A DNA stretch of 64,000 nucleotides from Setoptus koraiensis. Its lineage: Eukaryota > Animalia > Arthropoda. The translations under genes were made by a program, and so were the position numbers. The notes below the pieces were generated by a model, which had not been told where the DNA came from, ran no database searches, and was given only the letters and a program-made list of their open reading frames with translations. The stretch lies in contig CM106586.1 of the NCBI GenBank assembly GCA_048013815.1, positions 15,686,001 to 15,750,000 of the forward strand, in the 5' to 3' direction. Shown in pieces: positions 1 to 11,949 of this stretch. The stretch's first letter is position 1; each line of letters starts with the position of its first letter.

Positions 1-3000
1 GCTGGCCCAAGAGGCCGTCGCCGGTGTGATTGTACCACTGCTGGCCGAAATTGGAGGAGGCCCGGCGCTTGGCGGCCGCCAGTGCCGCCACAGCCGCTTC
101 CTCTTCTCTCGTTTTCGCCTGGCTGTTGAGACACATTCGCAGCTGTTGGCTCAATTTTTTGCTTGCGTCCATCAGATCCAGCAGCATCGATTGCAGCGGA
201 CTGGAGCACAGTTTTGCCTGAATCCATTTGTAGTTGAACAGCACCAACTGGAACAATTCCTGGTAGCGGCCGCACTGCATCAGGTGATAGGGCAGCTCGA
301 TGAGTTTGCGCAAATTGTATCGCCGGGTGGACAGGTCGCTGTTGCACAGCGAAGCCGTTCGCTTCTGATCGAGCATTAACTGACCGGAAGTGGTCTGGTG
401 CTGCTGCTGCTGTTGTTGTTGCTGCTGTTGCGTGTTGCTCGTGGACGCGCTGGCCGCCACCACTTGCACGTGGTAGAACAAGGGCTGAGCCGGAAGTCGC
501 CGGTCGGCCTTGGGACAATGGAGCGCCGACTGAGCAACTGTGGACTGTTTTGGTCTGGTGGATGAGGCGCTCGCTTGCTGCTGCTGCTGCTGTTGCTGCT
601 GTTTCATGGTGGCCGCCAGCAGTTTCACCTGGGCCTTGGTATAGGTGAACGGCTTGGGTTTGTCGGCCCATTTTCCGATGAAATAATCGGCCATAATGGA
701 GTGAATATAATTGAATTGTTGCGCGTCGCTCAGGTATCGCTCGTGCACAACGGGCGCAAATTGTTTGTGGTACCATTGTAGCACGATGCCGTCTGAGTCG
801 CGTTCGCTCAGGTAATTGGGCAAATCGTTGCAAATGCGCGTCCACAACAGGGGCGGAATACGTCTGACGGGCGGCAAATGATACTGATACACATCGTTCA
901 GCACAATGTCGTCCATGGACAATAGATCCTCGAGCTCGTTCTCGCTGATGCCAATTTTGGCCGCCGTCACGTAAGACAGGCTGTGCTTGGTGAGCAAGTG
1001 GCCGTGTTGCAGCTCAATTCTGGCAAACAAACGATTTATCGACTCCTCCACGTTACTGGACAGATAATGGGCCCCGCTGTGAAAGGCCCGACTGCTCATG
1101 TGAAACTGGCTGGCACTTGGCGACCTGGCGTCGGCCTGGCCGTACGTGGAGGCCGACTGTATCGAGATGCTGTTCATGACATTGACGTGATCGCTGAATT
1201 GCTGACGCCACATCAACAAATCCGACGAGTCCGATCCGTTGTATTGGGCGCCCCCGGCGCCGGTCTCAAGCAGCAGCGACGCGGCACCCAGTTGCAGTTG
1301 ATTGGCTAACGAGGGCCGAGGCGAGCTGCGGGGCCCCGCCTGTTGGTGTTGCTTCTGTTGGCTGGTGCTGTAAATTCGTGACGTATAAGATTTCCACTCG
1401 CTTATCTCGCCAAAGGCCAATTTGAGATAGATGGGCAGGCCGCAATTGTTGAGCGCGTCGCCCACAATGGACCACTGCGACTCGGTAAGAGTGCGGCCCG
1501 ACGCGAGCAGCCATTCTCGCATCACTTCTACGGCCATATCGCCACTGAGCGATTTCAGATGCAGCATGGAGGCCCGAACGAGCCGCATTGCGACGCTCTG
1601 GCCGCTTGTCAGCACTTGGGCCCCATTTACTTGCTTGGTTGTCTTATTGGCCGCTTGCAGGCACTTATGGAACAGCTCGGATAGCAAGAAGGCGAATTGC
1701 GTTGTGTCGGCGCCGGCGGGCGCTGGCTCTCTCTCTGGCACCTCTGCGTCGTGCAGATCCGCAGAGGTGCACGATATTATGAGGCGCACATTGGGCGGAA
1801 AATAGCTCTTGAAGATCCAGCAAAACTTCAGTTCGAGATTGTGCTGCTGCGGGCCGCTCAATTGGTCCACGCTGTCCAACACCAGAACGAACAGGCGCTT
1901 CCGGTGCAGCGGGTGCCAGCAATTTTGCAGGAGCTGCTTAAACATGAACACCAGGCGCACGAAATCCTCGGGAATGGGCTCGATGGCGAACTGGGGCCGC
2001 GCGTTTTCGCCGCTGCCGCCGCCGTCGTCGTCACGCTCGCCGCTCTCATCACGGGCCGGTGAATGCGGGCCACTCGATTTGCCAGCGACCGGGCCGCTCG
2101 ACATGGCGACGCTCTGGTCGTACTGGTAAAAGTTGTACTGCAGTTGCTGGCAGATGCTGGTCAGGGCCGCCGTCAGCGACGAGCTGATGGGCGTCGTGCC
2201 CAGGAAGCGCATCATGATGCAGGGCGCAGTCTGGCCGACCGGGGCCCCCTTGAGCCAGTGCGGCATCAGGGTGATGGCCTTGGCCAGCAGCGAGGTCTTG
2301 CCCGAGCCGCCGGGCCCGAACACGAGCATGGGCAAGTTGGGCGGGTAGTTGTTTTTGGCCTGCTGATTGGCCTGCCTATTGGCGATATCGCGAGTTTCGG
2401 GTTGGTCGCTTGACGCGTCTTCCGCCGCCGCCGCATCGTCTCCCGTGGCCGCTGCCGCATCGTCTCCCGTCGTGGCCGGGCCGGCAATGCCCAACACAAA
2501 GCGACGTATGTGCTCTAATTCGCGCGTGCGACCCTGGAAACTCTTGGCCACTTGCAGACAGTAGTGCGAATGTTGCAATATCTCGTTGATTAGCGCTGAT
2601 TTGCTAATTAGCGACTGTTTCTTTTGTTCCTGTCTGCTGGCGCGCCTAATCAACTTGACCATTCTAGTGTAGAAATGCTCCAATAAAACCTTGATGCTGG
2701 CCTCGTTTTGGCTGCCCTCTGGCGCCCCCAAGCCGCTGGCGTCGTCCCACTCAACCAGGTAGCTGCACATGTTTGCCGGCGCCCTGGCGCTCATCCACGG
2801 GCTCAGTTTTGCCACCTTTAGCTCGGTGAGGGCCTGGCGAGCGGGCTCGTCGAGCCGCACAAATTTGTCGGCGTGCTGCTGCAAGTCGACATACTTGCCC
2901 ACCAGACTTAAGCGTTGCTCTCGCTCCTGAGTTTGCTGTTGATGGTCGTCATCGGCTGCTGGCCTCGCTGCAGACGACTCTTGGTCGCCAACAATTGACC

Positions 3001-4544
3001 CATCGAGCGAGTCGTCGTCGTCGTCGTTGTCAGCGTCTAGCAGCATCTTGTCGTCTTCATTATTCGTCTCACTGCTTTCCTGTCTGCTTAAATTTCCACA
3101 AGACGGCGTGAACGAGCAGATTTGCGGGGCCCGCTTGCTGCTGCTTTGGCTTGTTTGGCCCTCATGTCGCCACAATAATTCCAGGCAATCGTCCAATCCC
3201 TTGATCGTTCTCAAATAGGCCAAGCAGTGCAATTTGGGCTCTTGCACAGTCAATATGCCCTGGGCCACCTCAATTTCCGTCACGGACAGCGTGTACTTGA
3301 GTTGATCGCCCTTGGACATTTTGTTTTGTTGCACCAGTCGATCTGAGGCCACGATCAGCAATCGTTGCAGGCGCTCCTGAACAGTGAACCATTTTTGCTG
3401 ATCGGTCGTCTGCAATTCTGGCTCTAATTTGTTTGTGAAGTTGACCAGTATCGACGATATTGGCTGCAACAAATACTCTGGCTCTAAACAATTTGTATCC
3501 TCCTTGTACCAAGTGTCCAATAGATTTGTGTTGATGTCGCTCTCAATGAGACACCGACGCATCGATTTAAACTCGTGCGATTTTATTCTGTTGCACAGCG
3601 GCCTAAAGCCGTATTTGTCGCCCAACAAAACGACAAAATTTGGACCTAGAGACATTCGTTGACAATTGAGAATTTCCCTGCTGCACAGAGCGCTTGTTTG
3701 ATGGTCGTCGGTGGCCTCGTCGCGAACGCCCCAGCGCATATCCACAACTTGATTGAGTTAGGTAACGTTACGATTAGTTGTAACTATTATCATTTGACGT
3801 GAGCACGAGCTACAGGCTACAGGCCGGTGGCTACAGTGGCCGGCAACTATGCACAATCGACAGCGGGTCTGGGTAGTTTCATCAGCGTGCACTTTGTGGA
3901 ATTGGTCTGGCGTTTTTTCTGGGGAAATCCTCGCAAATCCTGTCTCCGATTACGGGCTAGATCACGTCGTGCGTGTCGCCATTGTTTCAATTCCATTGCA
4001 ATTCATCATGTTTCGCGCTGCCATCATTGTCGGCACCGTGATGAGGGCTCCCAAAAATAAAGCCGAAGCCTTCTGTGACAGAAGTTGTGTCGCAGTGATG
4101 AATAAACATTAACTACTCAACACCAGCATTACATTGCAAATGTATGTATGTGTACCGCTATGAAATGGATTCGTTCCGCGAAACGTGTTTGTTCTTTTGA
4201 TTTTGCTTCCAGTAAGTGCACTACCCAAAACGAAATACTCATGATGAATGCTCGTGAAACGAGAATATCATCATGAGTGTCCCGCTGTGTCTGTCGATAG
4301 TCTGCCGATGCCACTGCAACGGCACTTTAACGGCATATTACCTATACTTACCTTGAAACTCGAGACCGTGCTTCTCGCGGCAATACCGCTTGAGGCGCGG
4401 ATACACTTGCTCCATGAGAGCGTTCCTCTCCAGGCTCATATCGGTGAATGTGGAGCTTATAAACAGGCGCACAATTTTCTTGTTCAATTGGGGCAAATTG
4501 TGCAAGCTGCCCGAGAACAGCCTATCCAAAACCTCGTCGTCCAT
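1..4544 (-). CDS. NWD2: NACHT and WD repeat domain-containing protein 2-like (NWD2/KIAA1239 family), 3' end beyond the left window edge
   Basis: Exon 1 is 4544-4352 (MDDEVLDRLFSGSLHNLPQLNKKIVRLFISSTFTDMSLERNALMEQVYPRLKRYCREKHGLEFQ). A GT-AG intron spans 4351-3748 (gtaagt...aatcaag). Exon 2 runs from 3747 and continues VVDMRWGVRDEATDDH...GPNFVVLLGDKYGFRPL. It contains a Walker A motif (VFGPGGSGKTSLLAK, ~2330-2285) and the later motif LPNYLSERDSDG..WYHKQF..RY. I found no stop in the stretches I translated (3747-2342 and spot checks down to base 2). It is missing from the ORF track, probably because it has no stop codon inside the window. Confidence 0.9.
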
Positions 4545-4569
4545 CTCTATATACGGGCTATATCCGGGC

Positions 4570-4669
4570 AACTCGACAATAACTCGGGACAGTAACTCGA
4601 CGATAACTCGGGATAGTAACTCGAGAAAATAACTCGAGAAAATAACTCGAGGTAATAACTCGAGACAAT
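4570..4669. repeat. Imperfect tandem array of 8 AACTCG-cored units (11-13 bp)
   Basis: aactcgacaat aactcgggacagt aactcgacgat aactcgggatagt aactcgagaaaat aactcgagaaaat aactcgaggtaat aactcgagacaat. It starts 26 bp upstream of the NWD2 ATG. Confidence 0.9.
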
Positions 4670-7600
4670 GAGCGGGACAATGACAATAATAATAGTTGCG
4701 GGCTCTGTCTGCACATATGTCCAACTGTATCTAACTGGGCGCGAACAGAAAGTGGAGGCCCAATTTCTGTTGGGCCGCGAATGGAGCCTGGCGGCCGGAC
4801 AAGGGAATTGCTGCAATCCATGCAGCGCCGGAAGCCGCTGCCGCTGCATGGAGCCGGCAATCAGACCGAGTGGCTTCGGCGGGCCTGATTGGACCGGTGC
4901 TGTTCGACAACATCCGAACAATGGCACTCAAGTGGCAATCAGGCGACTTGTGGACCGTTGTTCGCCAACTGTGCAGCGGACAGTTGACTTATGTCGAGTC
5001 TCACGCCGGCGGAAGCCCGGCGAGTCTCACGCCAGCGGAAAGCCGGCAAGACGGCCGGTGGGGCCGAACGATTGTTGTCGTGCATCGATTGCGCGCCGCT
5101 CAAATGGGAGTTTCACCATGAGAGCGCCGGTGAAAGTTGATTAATCTTGTCGAAATTCACAAAATCGCGTAATCATTCGGCCTGCGTCTGTTTGTGTCAT
5201 GGCGAGTGGCTCGTTTTATGTCCAGTCGCGAGTGGCCAAAATATGAATTATTGTTCGAGCAGCCGTAATGCGAATAACGCATTATTACGCAAATGCAAAT
5301 CAGGATCCCAAAGCAGATCTGGCCCGGCGGCAGTCGGCTCGCTGCAAACGCCGGCTCGCTGCGCAAATCGGTGCGCTCCCCGTCGGACGAGGGCACCGCT
5401 GAGGGCTAATTTATCTGGCTGGCGCACGCAAACAACCGATCGATCTATCGTCCGCGTTCGCCTCATCGCCCCGTCCAATCGGGCTCGGCATCGCAAACAT
5501 ATTAACAATATCGATAATGTTGAGCGTTGCGATAATTGGCGCTGGTAGCCCCCATTTGCTCATAGGGGGCCAATCTGTGTGTGTGTGTGTATCCATCTTG
5601 CGCCATATGTAATCAGCACAGCGGCATGCGGCCCAGATAAGGAAAATTCCGAGAATTTGTGGGCCCGAGAAAACTGTTGGAACGCGCCTACATTGTGCGC
5701 GCACTGTGCGTACACGTATATCACAATGTATCAACGAACCAAACTAACAATAGATTTGGTAAGCTGGGCCCATTTCATTGCCAGCGGCCATCCAATTTGT
5801 TAGCGCGGCGCGGTGCGGTGCGGAGCGGTGCAGCCAATTCGCTCGTCGCCGCCGCCGCCGCGACCAATTCGCTGGAATTGGAGGCATATTAAGACATGTG
5901 ATGACGCAACAACGTTAATAAACACGCAACAATGTTGTGAGGCGCTGCAAGTTGGCAATGTGCCCACCATGCAAGTGAGCCCGAGTGTGCGGAGGAAATT
6001 ACTTTGTCTTGTCTTGGCATGACCTCATTAACTGCATAGAGCCGAATTGCCGGCTCAGTGGGCACGCAGTTTGTCCGTTCAGATTTGCGCTCGGGCCCCT
6101 CATCGTGCCGGCCCGCTCAGTCGGCGCCACCCGCTCTGCTTGCGGGTACGGCATCGCTACCCGTCGTCTGGTGGGCCGCGGTCGTCGCCGTTGGCCAGAC
6201 CGCGCCCGACCGCCTATCGTCCGCCGCATGTGTGTGTTTGCTCCATTGGGATTTTATTTTTAAAATGTCAAACAAATATTTGCGCAGTCTCCGCTCGCCC
6301 AACCCAAGCAAATATTTATCTGTCCGTTTCATCTGCATAATTTGCATAATATTGATGCAAAAACCAAAATAATTGGGCTCGCCGCCATGCCTGGCAAAGG
6401 ATCGATAAAGCCAGCCAGTCAGCCAGCTGCCACAGTATTACGCTAGTGCTAGTAACGTCTCGACTCGGAGGCTCCGGAGTGTCGCACAGCTTGAGCCATT
6501 TATTTGTGCGGTGTGCAGATATAGTTCGAGATAATACACATATCCCAGTTGGCGCTTATTGCGTCATAATGCGCTCAAGAGCAAGCAAGATACTTTGTCA
6601 TTATGTAAGCCCGATGCCATGATGTAAGCCGGCCAGCCACGTCAAACGCTACGGTGCATTGTTGACGGCGTCCATGTTGATCTGCTGCATTGTGCCGATT
6701 TGTGCCGGCCGGCCGGCCAGCAGCTATTACAGCGTGTCTATACACAACCAAACAATACTGTTAACAGAGTATTAATACAGTTTGTATGACACACTGTTCC
6801 AACATTGTTGCCAATGTCGATGGCAGCCAGCGATTAGCTGCCACTTGTCTGCCCCCGCCTGTATGCGCGTACCTGTGCGCCAGGCGGGGGCCCCCGACTG
6901 AATTTCAGCGACTGAAACGCTAATGCGAAGCTCGCGCGCTTCGCTCGCCCGTCTGGTTAGCCGGACCGAGCCGGGCCGGGCCGGGCGACACTTTGCCAAG
7001 CTCTTGCATGTCTGTCTGTCGGTGTGTTAGCACAGGCTAAACAGCCTGCCCCGGGCCCCAATGCAAGCAGATTTAGCGGGCCGGGGGTGGGAGATTTATG
7101 GCAGGGGGCGCCGACAGGCGCTGATGGTGGCGTGCGTCTCTAGTGCCGAGAATCCATCAGCGTCGCATTAGCGGCGCTCCATCGGCCCCGGATTGTGCGG
7201 ATTGGCGCCAACTACGTAGGAGCGCGCTAATACCGCTATTTATGCGCACATAGTGTGTACATACATAATTCAGGCTCATAGTAAAATAAATAAAAGGCAC
7301 TGGTCCTTCTGGCAATAATTTCATTATTATTTTCTCGGCTCGCCAAGGGAAACCCTCCAACTAGCGGCCGTCTGGCGGCTGTCGGCGGCAAAGCGCCAAG
7401 TGCCGACACCGCGTTCGCCGACGTCGAGCGGGGCCCGAGTGACCGGAGCGGCCGAAGCCGCTACAGTCACAACAACAACAGGCAACAATATTCAGCAATG
7501 GGCCCATTGATCCGGTTACGAGCCGAAGTTGCCGAAAGTGCACGCGCCAAATCGCGTGCCTGCCAACCGCCCAACTGCGCCGCCCAGCCAGCCAGCCAGT

Positions 7601-8311
7601 CTGGCACGTCTGGCGGCGGTCTCGGTCGGCGGGCCTCGCCAACGGGACCCCGACGGGCCGACACACCTGGCCAGACAAGGGCACTTAGGGGCGCGCACGC
7701 AGCGTCACAGGCGAGCATAAAGGAGCCACAAATGCGGCACAAATGCGCCACACAAATGCATGCTCGCTCTAGGGCGCCCCGGCCGGGTCATATGCAAATG
7801 GGCTGCAAGTGGCGGTTCGTGTGTCGGCCTACGAGCTCGCCCGACTAGAATCATTCGACTCGAATGGGCGCAATAAGAATAGATCGAGATAAAGATGGCG
7901 CACACACACACACACACATATTACATTACATAATAATACCTATTGCATAATAGGCTGCATAATACGTTTCGTGGAGAGGCAAACAACAACCACAAATAAG
8001 TGTGCACTATCAATCATCTGTTTCTTGTCACTACCATTTCTCGTTGGCTGCCGGCTGTCGGTCGGCCGGCAGCGGGCCGGCTGCTGGCTGGCTGCGGGCT
8101 AGCCCGCCAACTGGCTCGCCAACTGGCTCGCCAACTGAATTGCCGACCGGGTTGCGAGCCTACAATCGACAATCGACCATCGACAATGCGCGGCTCACTG
8201 GCGCAGCTTAAAATCTTGTTAATGTTATTAGCATATTGGCGCCTGAGTGGCAGCTCGCCGTCTACCGCAACCAATATCCAATCCACGGTGTGGCTGGCAC
8301 GGCCGAGCTAA

Positions 8312-8454
8312 GCAGCTCGACTATTGAATCGCAGGCAGCTCGACTATTGAATCGCGGGCAGCTCGACTATTGAATCGCGGGCAGCTCGACTGTTGAATCG
8401 CGGGCAGCTCGACTGTTGAATCGCGGGCAGCTCGACTATTGAATCGCAGGCAGC
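8312..8454. repeat. 23-bp minisatellite, 6 copies
   Basis: The unit GCAGCTCGACT(A/G)TTGAATCGC(A/G)G is repeated six times, followed by a partial unit. Confidence 0.95.
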
Positions 8455-8704
8455 GCAGTATTCACTTGACTGCACATTGAGCTCGCCTCGCTCCACGAAA
8501 CCCTGAGAATTTTTTACATGAACGAGGCTTGGCGAGTAACCTTTGCCAGTGGCCGTGTGAGATCGGGCCGTTCAAGGTCCGATCGCACTCTCGCTCTGTT
8601 GCGGCGGCTCTGTTGCGAGCCAGAGTCTCATCATGAGACAAACATGGCCAACACCGGTTTGCGCACTCAATTGTCCGACGAGAGATTTAATTGTGCTACC
8701 TCGG

Positions 8705-8788
8705 CAGCAGCAACAGCAGCAACAACAGCAACAACAGCAACAACAGCAACAGCAGCAACAGCAGCAACAACAGCAACAACAGCAACAA
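8705..8788. repeat. Mixed CAG/CAA trinucleotide tract (28 units)
   Basis: Read directly from the sequence. It accounts for the poly-C, A/T-rich and V/A-rich ORFs in the track. Confidence 0.9.
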
Positions 8789-10347
8789 CGACACACATTG
8801 TGAGAACGGACAATGACGTCCGCTCAGGTGCGGCGCTTACGTAACAGCGCGGCACATGCGCAGCATAATGCTGCAAAACTCGCCTACTCTGCTCGCCGGA
8901 ATCTGACGAGCACTTTTTTCGCCGGCTGCACAGGCCGGCTCGGCCCATATTGAGACGTGGCCAGTCCATGCGACCGAGACGCCCGTGTCTCGGGCCCATG
9001 TCTGAAAATCTTGTCCCCTGAGCTGTCTGGGGGACCCGTGCGTCCGACGTGCCCCGCTGGCACACATCCCGAACACTCGATGGGCCCGAGCACTCGATGG
9101 GCCCGAACAGTCAGCGGGCGCGCCGAGCGCTAATGCACGTCGATCCTCAAAGATTAAGCGGGCAGCCTTTCGGGGATACAGCCCCTCTCTTGGCAGCATT
9201 GAATTTGAGCTGCGTGAGACCGGCAACTGCCAAGTGGGAATTTTCCCCGGATAGAGGGAACGGGCCAACGTTTGAATCAATCAGTCAACCCCATCACAGT
9301 AGCCATTTGTTGGGCTGCCCGAGCCCGACAAATTCTAATCCAATCCACTTGACGAGTGTGCGCCCCGCTCGTCAATTTCGTGACTTATGAGAATGAAAAT
9401 GTGCCAAAGAGACGAGCGAAGAAAGTGCGTCTGTCCCACTCGTCGTGCAAGAGCGCCGAAAATGATGAGAATCTTATGGAAAAATATATATATATATATG
9501 TGAAAAAATACTAATGTAGCAATGAGCACAACAAAAGTTATGTTACATAACACGATACAACACACAGTACGACACAGCATAAGTTACAACATAAGTGTTA
9601 CATAACACAATGAGATCGGCGCGCTCGCGGCGCAAAATCTGCTGCGCACCGAGCGCGAGACGGCGAGCCAAGCGGACCGGCGCATGCATCGGACCGGGCC
9701 GGCGAGCCAAGACTGGCGGGCAACAGCGACGGGCAAGAGCGGCTATTTTTGCTGGCGGGCTGGCCTGGCGTCGGTTATTCATTAAAGGTCAGTGGTGGCA
9801 GCATGCTTGCATATGTCCTTTGGAACCAGTCTGACCAGGCTGCCTGAGAATAATCTCACTCGATCTGTTCACTGGGGCTGCTGCGGTCAACAGCGCAAGC
9901 CGCGCTGCAGGGCCTATCAATTATGCATTGGCCGGCCGAAAGTTGTCGTGATGAACTCTTGCGTAATCGCTGTTAGTGTGCGCATCGCTACAAACTGTCT
10001 ACTGCCAGTCTACCACTGACTGGCCGGCTTGCATGAGCCGGCCTGTTCGTAGCTAGCTCGGGCAAGCTCGCCACAAAGTAGGCATTCGGCCGGCGCACTG
10101 TTGGCGAGCTTGGCCGCACAGTATTACTATTACTATATTGTAGTGTGTTTGTGGGCGAACGGGGCTGTGCTTGCGTGCAAGCGCTAAGTTGGCACGCGGG
10201 TGCCCGGCGCTCATTAGTGTGTTTGTGTGTGACGACGTATAAACGTATAAAATTTATAAAAGTTGCACTGTCGGGCATTGGTTGTGTGTCGCCAGTGTGC
10301 ACAGTGGCCGCGTCGAGTTGATTGCGATTCATCCGTGAATAGCCGGC

Positions 10348-10397
10348 AATCGCTCGAGGGAATCGCTCGAGAGAATCGCTCGACGTAATCGCTCAAC
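10348..10397. repeat. 13-bp tandem repeat, ~4 copies
   Basis: aatcgctcgaggg aatcgctcgagag aatcgctcgacgt aatcgctcaac. Confidence 0.85.
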
Positions 10398-10447
10398 AGA
10401 GAATTGGTCGGTGTCCGTTGCGCAGCGCACCGCAAAGTTGGCACTGC

Positions 10448-10527
10448 AACAGCGACAATCGAAAACAGCGACCATCGAAAACAGCGACGACCGAAAACAG
10501 CGACCGTCGAAAACGGCGACCAGCGAA
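10448..10527. repeat. 16-bp tandem repeat with a variable 3-nt centre, 5 copies
   Basis: AAC(A/G)GCGAC-NNN-CGAA with NNN = AAT, CAT, GAC, CGT, CAG. Confidence 0.9.
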
Positions 10528-11908
10528 AAGGCGCACTCCAAAACGAGCGAATTGTGCTCACAAAACGGGGCGAGCGTGTCGTCGAGACGAATGCGTTAAC
10601 ATGTTGGCGACGGCGACAGAGATGAATGTGCGCGACAGGTTCAATAATGATAATGCCATCATTATGATGGTGACAACATGAGCCCCTCGACCGTGTCGCC
10701 GCTGTCACAGCGAGTGTATGTGCAAACAGTTGGGTTAAACTGACAATTGTGAATCACTTTTTTCGCTCGTCTTGCCAAGATTGCTCTTGCGTCACCAGCG
10801 AGTGTCGCTGTCTGTGTTGTTGTTGTTGTTGCGAGCGGCGAGATTGCTGGCGAGAGTGTGCGCTGGCCTGTGCGTGTGTGTGTGTGTGCGCATCTTGTTT
10901 GGCGTGTGTGCGTCTCTCGTTTGTTGCGTCGTCGTCTCGCCGGTTGGGCAACAAGCGGACAAATTAGAAAGCAGTAGCCAGCTCGCTGCAGTGCAGCTTG
11001 TGTGAGTGGCGCATTAAAATAAACTGGCAGCCACCAGTGACTAGTCACTGGCAACTAGAGGGCCTATAGTGCCGGCCGCCACGCCAGCATGATAAGCCAG
11101 TGTGTGTGTGTACAGTGTATTACTATTGTTGTTGCCACTAGTCGTCATTAGTTGGCTGAGCACGGCATACACTCTGGCACAACACACTGTACTAGTTTGC
11201 GCGCACACTGGCATCCTTGACTCACAGCTCACTCAGGCTCGAGCCTCGAGCCTCGAGAGCACGGCATTCTCCGATCTGCCGTGGGCTCGCCGTGGCTGCC
11301 ACTACACAGTCTACTACTGTAGCACTAGTCTACTGTGGCACTACTACACTGTACACTATGTACTGTACACTATGTACTGTACATGCGGTGTAGTGCGCAG
11401 CTAGTAGCTACACTAAATGCTACACCTACGGGGCCTGTAGTTCAGGCATGTGCATGGTGGCCATGATGATCGTCGTGTCGAATCGCAGTGCGTCCAACAC
11501 ACACTCGACAGAATGTGTCCGACTCACAAGCCGCGACTCAGCGACACTTGAGTCGCTGAGCGCCGAGCCGCGCCGAGCCAGCCGGCGAGCCGCCGGCCTG
11601 GCCGCTGCCGGCTGTGAGTCGCGCTGAGCCGGATCGAACAAAACGCACACGGCCGGCACAGCTAATATTAGAACTGTGTGCGGTGTGCATTGCAACCAGA
11701 CTCTAGCCACAGTACTACTACTGTGACAGTAGACTGTAGCTCTACAGTAGACTCTACTGAGTAGAGAGACTCTCTAGTAAATAGCGGGCAAATATGGCGA
11801 TGGACACACCGAGAGAGAATTCGCTCGAGCGACACCAGCATCAGAGTAAAGTTCGATCGACACATTCGATACCAATAGTGGCCATTCATCATAGTTCGAT
11901 CAAGCCAT

Positions 11909-11910
<2 letters not shown>

Positions 11911-11946
<36 letters not shown>
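11911..11946. repeat. (AC)18 microsatellite
   Basis: Perfect dinucleotide run. Many shorter (AC)/(GT) runs occur throughout 5-30 kb. Confidence 0.95.

Positions 11947-11949
<3 letters not shown>

Noticed and set aside
26-3662. Many plus-strand and alternative-frame ORFs over the NWD2 region
   Set aside because: They are antisense or off-frame shadows of the GC-rich NWD2 CDS and carry no independent motifs.
3827-4314. ORFs of 61-87 aa inside the 604-nt NWD2 intron (possible nested gene or TE remnant)
   Set aside because: No recognisable domain, terminal repeats or splice structure.
4570-10527. CRISPR-like appearance of repeat arrays with variable spacers
   Set aside because: The context is eukaryotic, the units are 11-23 bp with spacers of at most 6 nt, and there are no cas genes.
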